Assembly (NCBI GenBank): GCA_964270895.1
Contig: OZ185437.1
Origin: Podarcis filfolensis
Taxonomy: Eukaryota
Length of the DNA stretch: 64,000 nt
Reading direction: 5' to 3' (one strand)
In this document: positions 23,110 to 34,810 of the stretch, piece by piece
Layout: the number at the start of each line of letters is the position of its first letter
Numbering within the stretch: position 1 is the first letter of the stretch
Made by a program: the position numbers and the translations under genes
The notes under the pieces: model-generated
The model's database searches: none
What the model was told of the DNA's origin: nothing
Seen by the model: only the letters and a program-made list of their open reading frames with translations

Positions 23110-23492
23110 GGGATGTGGGTGGCACTGTGGTCTAAACCACTGAGTCTCTTGGGGATTGCTGATCAGAAGGTCGGCAGTTCGAATTCCTGTGATGGGGTGA
23201 GTTCCTGTTGCTCGGTCCCAGCTCCTGCCAACCTAGCAGTTTGAAAGCACGCCAAAAAGTGCAAGTAGATAAATTGGCACCGCTCTGGCGGGAAGGTAAA
23301 CGGTGTTTCTGTGCACCGCTCTGGTCTCAGTGTTCCATTGCTCCAGAAGCGACTTAGTCATGCTGGCCACATGACCCGGAAAAACTGTCTGTGGACAAAC
23401 GCCAGCTCCCTTGGCCTGTAAAGTGAGATGAGCACTGCAACCCCAGAGTCGTCTGCGACTGGACTTAACTATCAGGGGTCCTTTACTTTTAC
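23110..23492 (+). mobile_element. Sauria SINE, copy 1
   Basis: tRNA-derived head (A box TGGCACTGTGG, B box GTTCGAATTCC), a Sauria body (GCCAACCTAGCAGTT.GAAAGCA...GTGCAAGTAGATAAA), a (TTTACC)-type tail and a 13-bp TSD CTTACCAAGGTCA (23097-23109, 23493-23505). Confidence 0.93.
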
Positions 23493-24659
23493 CTTACCAA
23501 GGTCAATATACTTTTGCTGTTTCCATTGCTTCTCCTTCTTTCCTCTTTGTATTTTTTCATTTTGAATGTACTTTTACATAACCAGTTTTCACAGAGAATG
23601 ATGAAATAAAAAAATCAGCTCTTTGAAGCATGCATTGATAAGTTAAATAATTCAAAACCTGCATTTTGAGCGTTCTAAAATAGAATGTAACAAGTGGCAC
23701 CTGCAACAAAAACTTACACTGTGTGAATTCTTGTGCAAGGTTATGTGCAAGTGTGGCAGAACAACACTAGTGTTTCTTCCCTTATTTTCCCTAAAGACTA
23801 CCACCCAAGTTGCAAGTGAGGTCTACTTCACACACTGCCGAGCAGCCTTAGAGTAATTCATGTGGATGTCATGAAAGCATTGATGCCTCCCTTAAGACAG
23901 CTTCTGTGTCTATACCTTCTGCATGGCAGACAGAAATTCAACAAGTGCACTGATGGGGACATGATCATCTGTGAATTCTGCCTGTTCAGCTGTTAAAGTC
24001 ATGGGGAATAAAATATGGCAGCCCTGCAGACTGATGTAATGTTATGAGAATAAATGTACCAGTTATGCAGTGACAGTTTTATTATATAGGCATTAATTGG
24101 CTGTGTTCAGATATTCATTTCGATTTCATCTGCAGCCTGTGAACTAGTGCCATGGCTCCACACTCCTCCCTCCCCTCTTCTACTAGTACATCAGCTTCAG
24201 GATAGAGATCATTGCTTACATTAACCCCAAATTCTTCATTGCATCCAAACTTAGGAACTCTAGCTTAATGTTGATTAACAATCCCGTGTAATAAACTAGG
24301 ATCTGATCAGGGCTTATTATTCTGCCATGTTACCCAACATTAAACCAGACTTCTTACGGAAATGTAATGGCAAGTTAGGAACAACTTTTGCAAACTGAGT
24401 TTTCTAATGTTTACAGATTCATTTCCAGTCCTTTCTAGCAACTTTTCCCAGAATTAGAATAAGTAAAAGTGCCACTTGCTTTAATAATGAACTCAGGTAG
24501 TGAGTGCCAACAGGATTGTAACCCAAATGGGGAAACAAAGGGAAGGTACCAGCTCGACCAGTTGAACCAATTTGTCCAAATTCCGAAGCAAATGAACACT
24601 ATTTTGCCCAGAACTTTAAGAGACTTTTGAAGACTCAATAGTGCTTTGAATGGAGGTTC

Positions 24660-25033
24660 TGTAGGCTACCTGATACCATTGTGAGATCAGGTGATCAGTG
24701 GGTGGGTGACTCCAGCCACCTGACAGTCTTGGACTTCAAGGGGTGGGGAAGATAATAATGTGACCTACTTGCCAAGTCCAGTTCCTTACCCCGGTCGTAT
24801 AGTATCCTAGATGAATTCATGGCTGGCTAGCAGAAATCCTGAACAGGAGCATTCTTGTTATGAGGGGAAAACTACTACAACGTGTAGTTTCAAGACCCAC
24901 CTATGCTAGATCCGGAGTCTCCAAGGATTAAACCCTCATCCCACATGGTCCTGGCCACCAGAAGCCAGTTCTAATAAATATGTCTTGAACTGCTTCTGGA
25001 GGATGGCCAGGCAGCTCTGGCAAGATGCCTACT
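24660..25033 (+). mobile_element. Candidate solo LTR (unclassified)
   Basis: Starts TGTAGGC and ends GCCTACT (near-inverted termini), with AATAAA at 24973-24978, 55 bp from the end. No TSD found. Confidence 0.3.
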
Positions 25034-25309
25034 TAGATGTGTTAAGGATTTTCTACTGTCTCAGAAAAAGTAGCTGCACCTAGGTTAGAATACACAGATA
25101 AAAGCAAGTTAAAATTTCTACGAGACAAGACAAGAAAATAATAATAAAAAAATACATCAAAAGAACGTGCCAATATAGTACAATCACAAAAGCAGCAGCA
25201 GCAAACTCCTCCCTCCCCTAATTTAAAACACTCATAGAAGTAGTCGGGTAGAAAAGGTTTTCACTTGCTGTTGACTAGTACTACATAAGGATGCCAAGGC
25301 TCAACTAAG

Positions 25310-25592
25310 GAAGGACAAATCTGTGAATTTTGGTTTCTCTCACATTGTTATATTTCCAATCTTAGGTCCGCTTCTCCACATTCCCACATCATTGTGATGT
25401 TAAAAAAAAGAAGTTCTCATTAAAATTCACCAGCATTTTAATGCAAATTTCTCCTGATACACATTTTTTTAACATTGCTTGTTCAGAGAGAAGCGTGAAT
25501 TTCAAAGCATAGCTGCATTTCAGTTTGTGTGTTGTTTTTCATTTTAATTAAAGAGTTTTGCACTAAAATGTGAAGCAGACCAAATTTCTTCC
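25310..25592 (-). mobile_element. Degraded copy of an abundant lizard interspersed repeat (MITE-like); related copy at ~44270-44549
   Basis: AAATTCACCAGCATTTTA.TGCAAATTTCTCCT and ...AAATTTCTTCC. It shares sequence character and end motif with the 44270-44549 copy. Family recognised from memory only. Confidence 0.4.
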
Positions 25593-26135
25593 TTATGCTG
25601 GTTCAACCCAAAAAGCTTAAAGATTTGTCAGTGCAATTCAAGTTCATAGAGCAACCACCTTCTGTCCCTTTTCCCTGTCCCCATGGACCCAGAAACTTAC
25701 TGGTGATAGTGTTGGAGGCAGCAGCAAATACTGACAGAGCATATTCTCATGCCAGGGATGGGACTGAGACCATCCTATTGGCATAATTTCTGCCAGAAAG
25801 AATGCCCTCTGAAAAAAGCAGCATCCCCACCCACCCCAGGTTTATGAGATTAGTGGCTCCAGTCCATCCCCAGTTGGAGATGACACCCCTAAGACCACCT
25901 TCTGTCTTTCCTGTTGCCATAGGTCAATTGGTATGCCTTAGGGGAATAGGAATGGTAGTTTGGAGGCAAGTAGAATCTTGGGTACTATTCTCAGCTTGGT
26001 ATGACTCACAAGGCTGTGAATACTCACAGTATTCCTAATATGAGAGTTGTCTAGCTACGTGTCCCTTGGGCACAAGGTGAGTATTATCCAAAAGCAGAGT
26101 TATATCATATAAGTTCTTTACTTGAAACATGATAT

Positions 26136-26562
26136 GTTGTTGTTTAGTCGTTTAGTTGTGTCCGACTCTTCGTGACCCCATGGACCAGAGCACGCCAGGC
26201 ACTCCTGTCTTCCACTGCCTCCCACAGTTTGGTCAAACTCATGCTGGTAGCATCAAGAACACCATCCAACCATCTTGTCCTCTGCCGTCCCCTTCTCCTT
26301 GTGCCCTCCATCTTTCCCAACATCAGGGTCTTTTCCAGGGAGTCTTCTCTTCTCATGAGGTGGCCAAAGTATTGGAGTCTCAGCTTCAGGATCTGTCCTT
26401 CCAGTGAGCACTCAGGGCTGATTTCCTTAAGAATGGAGAGGTTTGATCTTCTTGCAGTCCATGGGATTCTCAAGAGTATCCTCCAGCACTATAATTCAAA
26501 AGCATCAATTCTTCGGCGATCAGCCTTCTTTATGGTCCAGCTCTCACTTCCATACATCACTA
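26136..26562 (-). mobile_element. 5'-truncated BovB (RTE clade) LINE, 427 bp
   Basis: The minus strand encodes VMYGSESWTIKKADRRRIDAFEL*CWRILLRIPWTARRSNLSILKEISPECSLEGQILKLRLQYFGHLMRREDSLEKTLMLGKMEGTRRRGRQRTRWLDG...HGVTKSRTQLND, the BovB ORF C-terminus with one TGG>TAG stop at 26489-26491. It has a (CAA)n tail and a perfect 12-bp TSD GAAACATGATAT (26124-26135, 26563-26574). Confidence 0.96.
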
Positions 26563-27024
26563 GAAACATGATATACATACTAGCATTGTCCAGCAGGAGG
26601 AGGAGGCACAAATCAGAGGGTACAAGTTTTGCTTTTTCTCCCCTACAGCACAATAAAGATAATTTTGGTGGGCATTGTATGTACTTTCCAGCTTTCTAGA
26701 GCATTCCTTCCCTCATTAGTGTTTTTAAGTGCTGTTGAAAGCATGCGAGTGAAGCTAGAGTTTTGCCTTCATCACCTTGAGCTTCAGGAGTTGAGACAGT
26801 TAAGGATAAGATAATTAGAGTAACTTTTTGCTCAGTTACAATTTTTGAACACATATCTATATACTTTGTTTCTTTAAAATGCTATTAAATGTTTTCAGTA
26901 TAGACATTAGCAACACAAATATAATAGTGTGATCTTCAATATTTGAATCAGGGAATTGCAATCTCTTAAATACTTATTAACATATTCATACAAATTAGCA
27001 GTTGTTGGTTTTATATATATGTTT

Positions 27025-27048
27025 GTGTGTGTGTGTGTGTGTGTGTGT
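27025..27048. repeat. (GT)12 microsatellite
   Basis: Perfect dinucleotide run. Confidence 0.95.
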
Positions 27049-27273
27049 TGCATTACTTGTTACAGGAAGCCATACAAAATGCAAAACAGGAATTTAAACT
27101 GATGAAATTGTTGTGATTTATGTTATAGTGAACGCTCAAAATGTTATGAATGTTGGCAGGCACATGTAAATACTGACAATACTGGTTGAATTTTGTGAAT
27201 ATCAAAATTTAGACATTGACTGCAGCATATGCATATTCAGATAAGAATGAACAGATTTCCCTATTTATATGCC

Positions 27274-27274
<1 letters not shown>

Positions 27275-27309
<35 letters not shown>
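27275..27309. repeat. (CTTT)~9 microsatellite
   Basis: Tetranucleotide run. Confidence 0.95.
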
Positions 27310-27529
27310 GTTTTGGGGGTTTGTTCTGCTCTTATCTAATTTAATGTAGAAAATTCTTAAAATTAATTCCAAAATTGGCACATGGACTATTGGCCACAAT
27401 TTAGTTCACATCATTTTTTGTATTGCACTGTTTAACATTATTCTATACAATAAGAGTATTTTGGGGGGGGGGTGGTAACTGTTATATTTTAAGAGCATTA
27501 TTATTAATCAGTATAACATATCCATTGCT

Positions 27530-27805
27530 TGTCATGGACTAGTTGGATGCAGAGAGGTGGTGGAAGGAAAGATGGCATAGAGTCCAAGTTGTCTTGGTGG
27601 GACAATGATGAGTGGGCAGAGGGAGAAGAGGGAGAAGAATTGGAAGAGGAGGTTTTGGAAGCTGAAGGGGTTACAGGGCTTAGTGAGCTGGGAATGTCTG
27701 TGGCAGAGAAGTCCAGAATCAGAGGGAAAAGCTGAAACAGGGTAGGAGGGAAGCCAAGAGGCAAAGATGAGTCAGACTGGTGAAGAGTCACAGGTGTGAC
27801 TCAGG
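27530..27805 (+). mobile_element. Purine-rich LTR-like repeat fragment
   Basis: Starts TGTCATGGACT and continues as a GA-rich block (GGGACAATGATGAGTGG...GAAGCTGAAG...TCTGTGGCAGAGA) that resembles a lacertid LTR-like repeat as I recall it. No 3' terminus or TSD seen. Confidence 0.4.
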
Positions 27806-28111
27806 GGGTAAAAAACTTCTATGCACTCACCTCCTGCCTTGCCCAAAGCAAAATTGCCTGGCAGTAGATATGGCAATTTCTATGTTAGATTATCTTCCAC
27901 CACCCATTTCACATCATACATGCATGGTAGAATTGCCTTGCTAGTGTACTATTCTTCACATGTTTACTCAGTACTATTTGAGAGCCACAACAGCAGCAGC
28001 AAGTTTGAAAAATATTTTGCTAAGCTCCTGCTTCTCCATCTGCACTACTAGATGCTATCAAGGTAGGAATCCTCGCCAAAGGAATTTATTATTGTTAATG
28101 TTCAAACATAA

Positions 28112-28223
28112 TGCTATATCCAACTAAGTCCCTTTAAAATCAATGGCCTTGTTAATCACAACTAACTTGAGTCCATTGATTTCAATGCATCTACTCTGAG
28201 TATGGCTTAGTTGGACACAACCC
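28112..28223. mobile_element. Degraded short palindromic MITE-like repeat; related copy at ~39581-39684
   Basis: TATCCAACTAAG ... CTTAGTTGGACA inverted ends (11/12) and an internal CCATTGA..TCAATG palindrome. The 39.6 kb copy shares TAGTCCTACTCAGAGTA and TTAGTTGGATACA. Confidence 0.5.
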
Positions 28224-29600
28224 ACAGAGAGTAAGTTACACATTTTACTCTTTTAAACATTGTAACAGTACCCAAAGCCTCAACCCTCTTGTCACTATGT
28301 TTGCTAGAGGCTTTGTTCCTCCATAACAGCAAGGAACAGAAACATCACCTGAGGTGTGCATAAATCCAAAAGAAAATGGTTTCACTGAGTTGATCCAGAT
28401 GAAATATCTGGATCAAAATGAAATATCTTCTCAGGTTTACACCTCATAAGGTTTTTCCAATATATCATGTACCAATATATCATGTACATATTAAACCTTA
28501 GAAACCCAAAGTCCCATTTTGATGCTGGCTTTCTCTCATGCTAGCCTTCCTACTGCTAAATCACGTTAAAAAATAGATGGTTTTAAACATGCTTTTTTGG
28601 TCTGGGGAAGCTCAGCCTCTTATCTTCCAGAACCCATCCTTTAGGCATGCAGAAGAATGACTTGCTCTCATTTGCAAGTTACTGAGACTGGTTTTTAGGA
28701 TTTATATCCAGTGTTAGGACCAGTTCAGAAACACTGTTTGTTTTATTTAAATGCAGCTAGTATTTCTTTTGCTTTAATAACTATCTTAGAGACCTGAGGT
28801 TGAGTATTGAGCCTTTTCTTGGGCAGTCTTGCCCACACTGACTATTGCCTCAAGGCACTTAATTACTAGGAGGAGAGCTGATCTCTTGCTCTTCACTTTG
28901 AGATACTGTAGGTCGGGATTCTATGTGCTCAGACTAAAGTATTAAAATACAGGTGGTGGTGGCACTACCATCTGTAAATTACACCAGGGGCATTTCAGCA
29001 GTCCTTAATCCATCTGAAACTGAAGCTCTTTAATTGGCATACGTGCTTCCCTTCAGTATATCTTTCTGTGGCATGCCTGGCATTTGACCTTTTCCTCAAA
29101 CTACTTCATAAACTGTTTAGGATGGTTGTCATTTTATTTGGTCTGGTGCAGACTTCGTTATAGCAGAAACATTTGAAATGAATGAAAACTATTTTCAAAA
29201 TAATGATGATTATTATATGTAGTTAGAAATGTGATTAAAATCCCACAGTAGGGGTAAAATCTATTTATTTTAAAAGTAAATAAATTTATAAGAAGTTCTC
29301 TGAACAAAGAATACACTGCAGATAATTGTTAACACAAAGAAGCATTTAAATCAGTGATAACATGCAGTTTAATCTCTGTTGAAATCAGAAATTTTCTTGT
29401 ATAACAAGCAAAGGTTAACCCATTAGAAATAGATTCTGTATAGCAAATGAAATATACATTATGTATTATCATGGGCTCTATATTTCACTCTGAGACTAGC
29501 AAGTCACCTATAGACATTAGGGTCCATATAACAGTCCACAAATAGTGTCTGAATTTGGACAGTTTCAGAGAAGCTTTTAATGCAGATATATTATTTTGAG

Positions 29601-29950
29601 GGGACGCAGGTGGCGCTGTGGGTTAAACTACAGAGCCTAGGACTTGCCAATCAGAAGGTCAGAAGCTCGAATCCCCGCAACGGGGTGAGCTCCGGTTGCT
29701 TGGTCCCTGCTTCTGCCAACCTAGCAGTTTGAAAGCATGTCAAAGTGCAAGTAGATAAATAGGTACCACTCTGGCAGGAAGGTAAACGGTGTTTCCGTGC
29801 ACTGCTCTTGTTTGCCAGAAGTGGCTTAGTCATGCTGGCCACATGACCCAGAAGCTGTACGCTGGCTCCCTTGGCCAATAAAGCAAGATGAGTGCCGCAA
29901 CCCTAGAGTCAGTCACGACTGGACCTAATGGTCAGGGGTCCCTTTACCTT
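29601..29950 (+). mobile_element. Sauria SINE, copy 2 (full length)
   Basis: GGGACGCAGGTGGCGCTGTGGGTTAAA head, B-box-like GCTCGAATCC, CCTTTACCTT tail and a 12-bp TSD TATTATTTTGAG (29589-29600, 29951-29962). Confidence 0.95.
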
Positions 29951-32900
29951 TATTATTTTGAGAGCATATATTAGGACAGGATCCAGGTGAACATGAGAGT
30001 AATATCCCTTTGCTCCATTGACTGTTTTGTTTTTTAATAGGGCTATCACGGCTTCTTATGTAGCAATGTGAAGTAGACCCACTTTTGACAGCACTTTCTA
30101 GAAGGGATGTCATCTACTTGGCCACATCAACCAACATTTCTACATTGCATTATAATAAAAGGTTCATGATTGAACTAGGGGATGCAATTTTGACTTTTTT
30201 GCTTTTAATTTGAAAATGTCACAGTGATATAATTTTCTTTTGCTTTCCTTGAGTGTTTATTGCACTCAGCAATTATAATTTTTCCCCTTGCTGTGCAGCT
30301 TTGTAAAATATTTATTTTCCCCTCATAATAATTAATTATACAATTAATGTTTTCCTTGCCCTCTATAATATGCTGTGCCCATATTATTATTTGCAAACTG
30401 TGAGGTAAAATTGTAGAGCTTTAAGGGAGCCATGGTCAGAGTGTTTGTTGCTCACCGAAGGCATTCCATTAATTCCATCCATACCACATATCATCTTGTC
30501 ATTGTTTTCCTTATTTTGGCAATATTTTCATACCAAAAGTACATGGAGGGACACAGGAAAAGATGTGTATTGTTTGACATGGCTTGCTGTCCTAACTGGG
30601 CAGCGCTTTTCCCTCTTTTTACATAGGGGTACTCATTTTCAGCATGTTCCTGTGTAATCATCTAGTTTGTTGCTAAGCCACTGGCAAAGGTTGGAGGAAT
30701 GACTTTAATATTCTGTAGTGGCTGGTAAGCATTTAAGCATCCCAATTTAAAATAAATAATTGCAGGGCTCCTTCTCTTTTCTTTTCCAAAATTATTTGAC
30801 ATTGCAAACCTGCAATACTTAGCATTTGTCCTGTGTTTTATGTGAGAGGTGGGGAAATGCAACCAGCCAGAAATTACCAGCCTTTCATGGATCACTTTGG
30901 CATATGGAAAGGGCCACCCACCTGTCAATCACAAAGCATCATATAACATCAGGAGATTGTTAATTTTATCTGTGACTTGTCTTCAAGTTGCAGCTATAAA
31001 AGAAGTATCAGGGCAACAGAAAAATGTGCAGAAACTCAAGAAGCACTGGATTTTGCATGCAAAAGAAGAATCATGAGTGCACATTGCAGGACCTGCAGTT
31101 TGAACTTGCCCATACCTGGCGTCATCAGGCACTGTAAATGTGGGTGCGGCTCACTAACAATAGCTTGACAGGCCAATCTTTGAGGTTTAGTGCGGCTATT
31201 AGACCCTTGGGCTGGTTGTGGCCCACTGTTCTACACACTAACATAATTGAAAAGCAGCAAATGAGTTTCTTTCTGTCATACATATTTTGTATGTATGTAG
31301 CCTGCAGCATATTCACTTGCAGGTTCTAGAATGTGGAAGGTTTTATTTAGACTATACAGAACAGGATGATGATTAAACCTAAGTGTAGCAAACGACAGAA
31401 ACCCCTCTGTATGCAATTTCATTAAATCACAAGTAGATGCCTTCTGTCTACACAACAATAATAAAAGATGCAATATTAAACTGAATTATTCCATAAATAA
31501 GTAGATTTGTTGTAAATAACATGCAACTGTGTCGGGCTGTAAGCAGATCCTTAATTCTAATTATATCAAGTTGAGTTATTATCATTGAAGACAGCTAAAC
31601 CACTGAATTAAAGTTAGGCTTTCATTTAAAAAAACAACACTTTTATGGGCTTGAATCTTGGCATATGAATGCAGCAGAAAAAATATATTAGAAAATTGTT
31701 ATTAGATTAATGCAGCCTAACATATATTTTAGCAGTGATAATTTAAAAATTGTACTCTTTTGTGTGGCTCTTGCTGCAATACAGCAAAAAACAGTTCTTT
31801 CCTAATTTTGCTCTCTAACAGTCTGATGGAGTCCCAGTAACTGGAACTGGGTATGTCTGTAGCCTCAATACCTTGCAAATCTTTAGCATCAACAATCTTA
31901 TAAAAACCTCAATGACTTTTTGCACATCTCTTTTCAAATTTTTGGCTATGAAGCGATTAAGAAATTCTCCTTTGTGTAATATCTTCTAAACTATTATTAG
32001 AAGATAAGGAAATGTCAGATCTCCATTGTGAAGTTCTTACTTCCCATTTGTCTAATATTTAAACATTCTTTTCAATAGCTTTAAAGGGTCAGTGGTAGTG
32101 GAGAATGTAACTGATCACCCTTGATTTCACCTTTGGAAATCTGAGGCACATTTAGTTGCATTCAGTTTTGTTCCATTTTGCTTCTCCCGTTTGTCAATAG
32201 GTAAAACTTTTCAAGTTCCCAGGAAAACAGTACCTCCTTATGAACAGATGCCCTAGACAAGCTTTCTTTTGTGTGAATATGTTTCATTCAGTAAAAAGGG
32301 TGGTATAATGAACATGTCAGCTTAATTTTCAGTAAAAATGCTGGATTTCCTTTTGCTGAAATGAGAGGAGCAATCACAGGAGTTATGAAAGGAGAACTCT
32401 ATTCATGAGCACTGGAAGTTTGATAACATGAAGTGCAATAGTGGGAAATGGCCAGGCTTTGAAGCAAAGGACAAAACTACTTTGAGTGAAGCAACTGAGC
32501 ACTATGGAAGTTCCACTGAACAAGGAACAAACATATAGACATTAAATTCCGTACAATGGAGCACAACGCTTTGTCCAAAACATTGGTGGCTGAATTAATA
32601 CATCTTTTCTAGCCCTGCAGCAATACCAAAATGACACCACCACAAACTCCATATAATACAAGGAAGGCACATATTTTTTTAAAAAAAAACTAAATGTAAT
32701 GGTATGACATCTAATATTTTGTTGGTTTTGTGGGGTGAATAAATATAATGATGAGGAATAATATACATTGCAGAACATTTCCCTATGATGTGCAAAGTTT
32801 CAGGGACTTTCCTACATTAAACTAAAAGAGAAAGTAAAACAATATCACTGTCATAAGGAGGGGGAAATAATTTGTGCTAAGGACTCATTAGCACCCTAAA

Positions 32901-34489
32901 GCTATAGTATAATTTATTTAGAAATAAAGGTGTACATGATTGGGATTTAAGTCCCTGTCACCCAGTAGCTCTGTGTTCTCTGAGTCAGCACTTAGTGCTG
33001 AACCATATAGAGACTGCAGGTTAAAGCAGAAGTCACCACCCACCCTTTTTGTTCTCAGGTACCCATATATGTTTATTTTAGGGAAAGTTAAGTTATTTGA
33101 GCTCATCTTTTAGTAGAAAAATGGCAAAAATTGAAAGGATTAAGTATATTTCCCCCATGTAGTGGCCTTTGCAGTCAAATGCAATGTGTGGGGCAGTTGT
33201 GTCTCATTTTTGTGAGTTTGCCTTATTAATGTAGTGTAAAACAAGGATGAGGGTCTAGTTGCTGCACAATCAAAGGAGTTCACAAGGAAAGAAACAAAAT
33301 CCAGCCTTCCTCCATCTTGCCTAGCTAAGTTGTGCTCTTTTAAGTCATATTTACCCCAGCCTACCTTCAGTACTGGAAGTGAGCCAGGCAGGGAGAAAAT
33401 GCCATAAATCTACACAGCACAGCAAGTTGTGGTGAAAGAAGGAGCAAATTTAACTCTGTTTTCTCACATGCTTATTTTGCAGTATAGAGTAGACCCCTAT
33501 CCCTGCTTTATAAATTAACAACACAAGTACGCGTTTTAAGATTTATCTTAATTTGCTCTGCACATCTAGTTTGCAGAGTCTGAAGATCCATTTTGCAACA
33601 CAGAAACCTTCATGTGTTTAATGACTGCTCACACAGTGGCCTGTAATTCATATACTCCAATGGCCTGCATACCACACCTACAGCTGACATGAACAGAACA
33701 TTTGCAAAAGGCTTATGCTTCTAGTTACCTTCAGTTAATTTGGCTGGAGTGTCATTTTCCTGAGATCAAAAAATTGTGCAAGATGCCTTTTGCATTTCAT
33801 AAAATTAGGACATGTAGTTTCCCACAGTGGTATTTTGAATCCATTTTTGTTCGTACCTTGCTTTTGTTAAATCAGTAGCCACTAAGACTTGCTCTTATTA
33901 CGCATCTAAGTCCATCAGAAAATGACCGCTAATTATTTCCCTATGTCCTAGACAGGTTGAAACTGTCACTTCTGTTTAGAACATGCAAATGCTCCTTATT
34001 CACCTAACTATAATGGAACTGTCAAATTATGGTTATGTCAGACCAGAGCCAGGACACACCAGTTCAGAAGATAGATTCAGAAGAATCTGTTTATTCTTAT
34101 TTTTATCTGCTGAACTCAGTGCTTGCTTTGTATGTTGCTATTTCATTAGAAGTTATGGTTTTAATTATACTTGTAAACCACTCTGAATGAAGTGCATGCA
34201 TTAGAATAGTGGGGTAGAAGTTTGCATTTAAATAAAATAAATGAACTTATTGGAGGATGGGGGTAAAACTTAGGAGGAAAGACTTGGTGGGCCAAGAAAG
34301 AAAGGAGATACTAAACAGAGTTCAAGAGGCAAAAACCAAGGCATTCAACATCATGCTATTACAAAAGTTCTGTCTTCTGCAGCATATCAGCTTGTCAAGC
34401 AGAACAATCCCCCTCCTACCATGTGCTGTTCTAGGAGTTCTCCCTATGCCCCCCCCCCAGCCAGTTTTAGGAATCACATGGGCATATTT

Positions 34490-34810
34490 TGTTTTATTAT
34501 ATTTCTATGCCACTTTTCATTCAAATGAATCCCAAAGCAGCTTACAAACAATAAATAACAATAACATGATAGATTGTAATAGAACATCACAAATACAGCA
34601 TAAAACATATAGAATAATTAACAAATCATCAGTGAGATTCCACAAGTCTCTAAGGACAGACCATCTATATCAGTTTCTCCACTGTGAAGGAGGGAAAATG
34701 TCACCAGCATCTCAAACCTCACCAGGAAGTCACCTGTCAATTCAGAGCTGTTGCTTTAACCCCAAATCATCAATATTTGGGAAGTGCCTTGAAAGGAAAA
34801 GATCATGTCT
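34490..34810 (-). mobile_element. Degraded L2-like LINE 3' fragment
   Basis: A TTTTATT tail, then ATTTCTATGCCAC...CCCAAAGCAGCTTAC, an A-rich tract and GGGAAGTGCCTTG, the usual layout of a reverse-oriented L2 3' end. Heavily diverged. Confidence 0.4.

Noticed and set aside
29601-29680. tRNA gene at the SINE heads (A and B boxes)
   Set aside because: These are tRNA-derived Sauria SINE promoters continuing into SINE body and tail, not cloverleaf tRNA genes.
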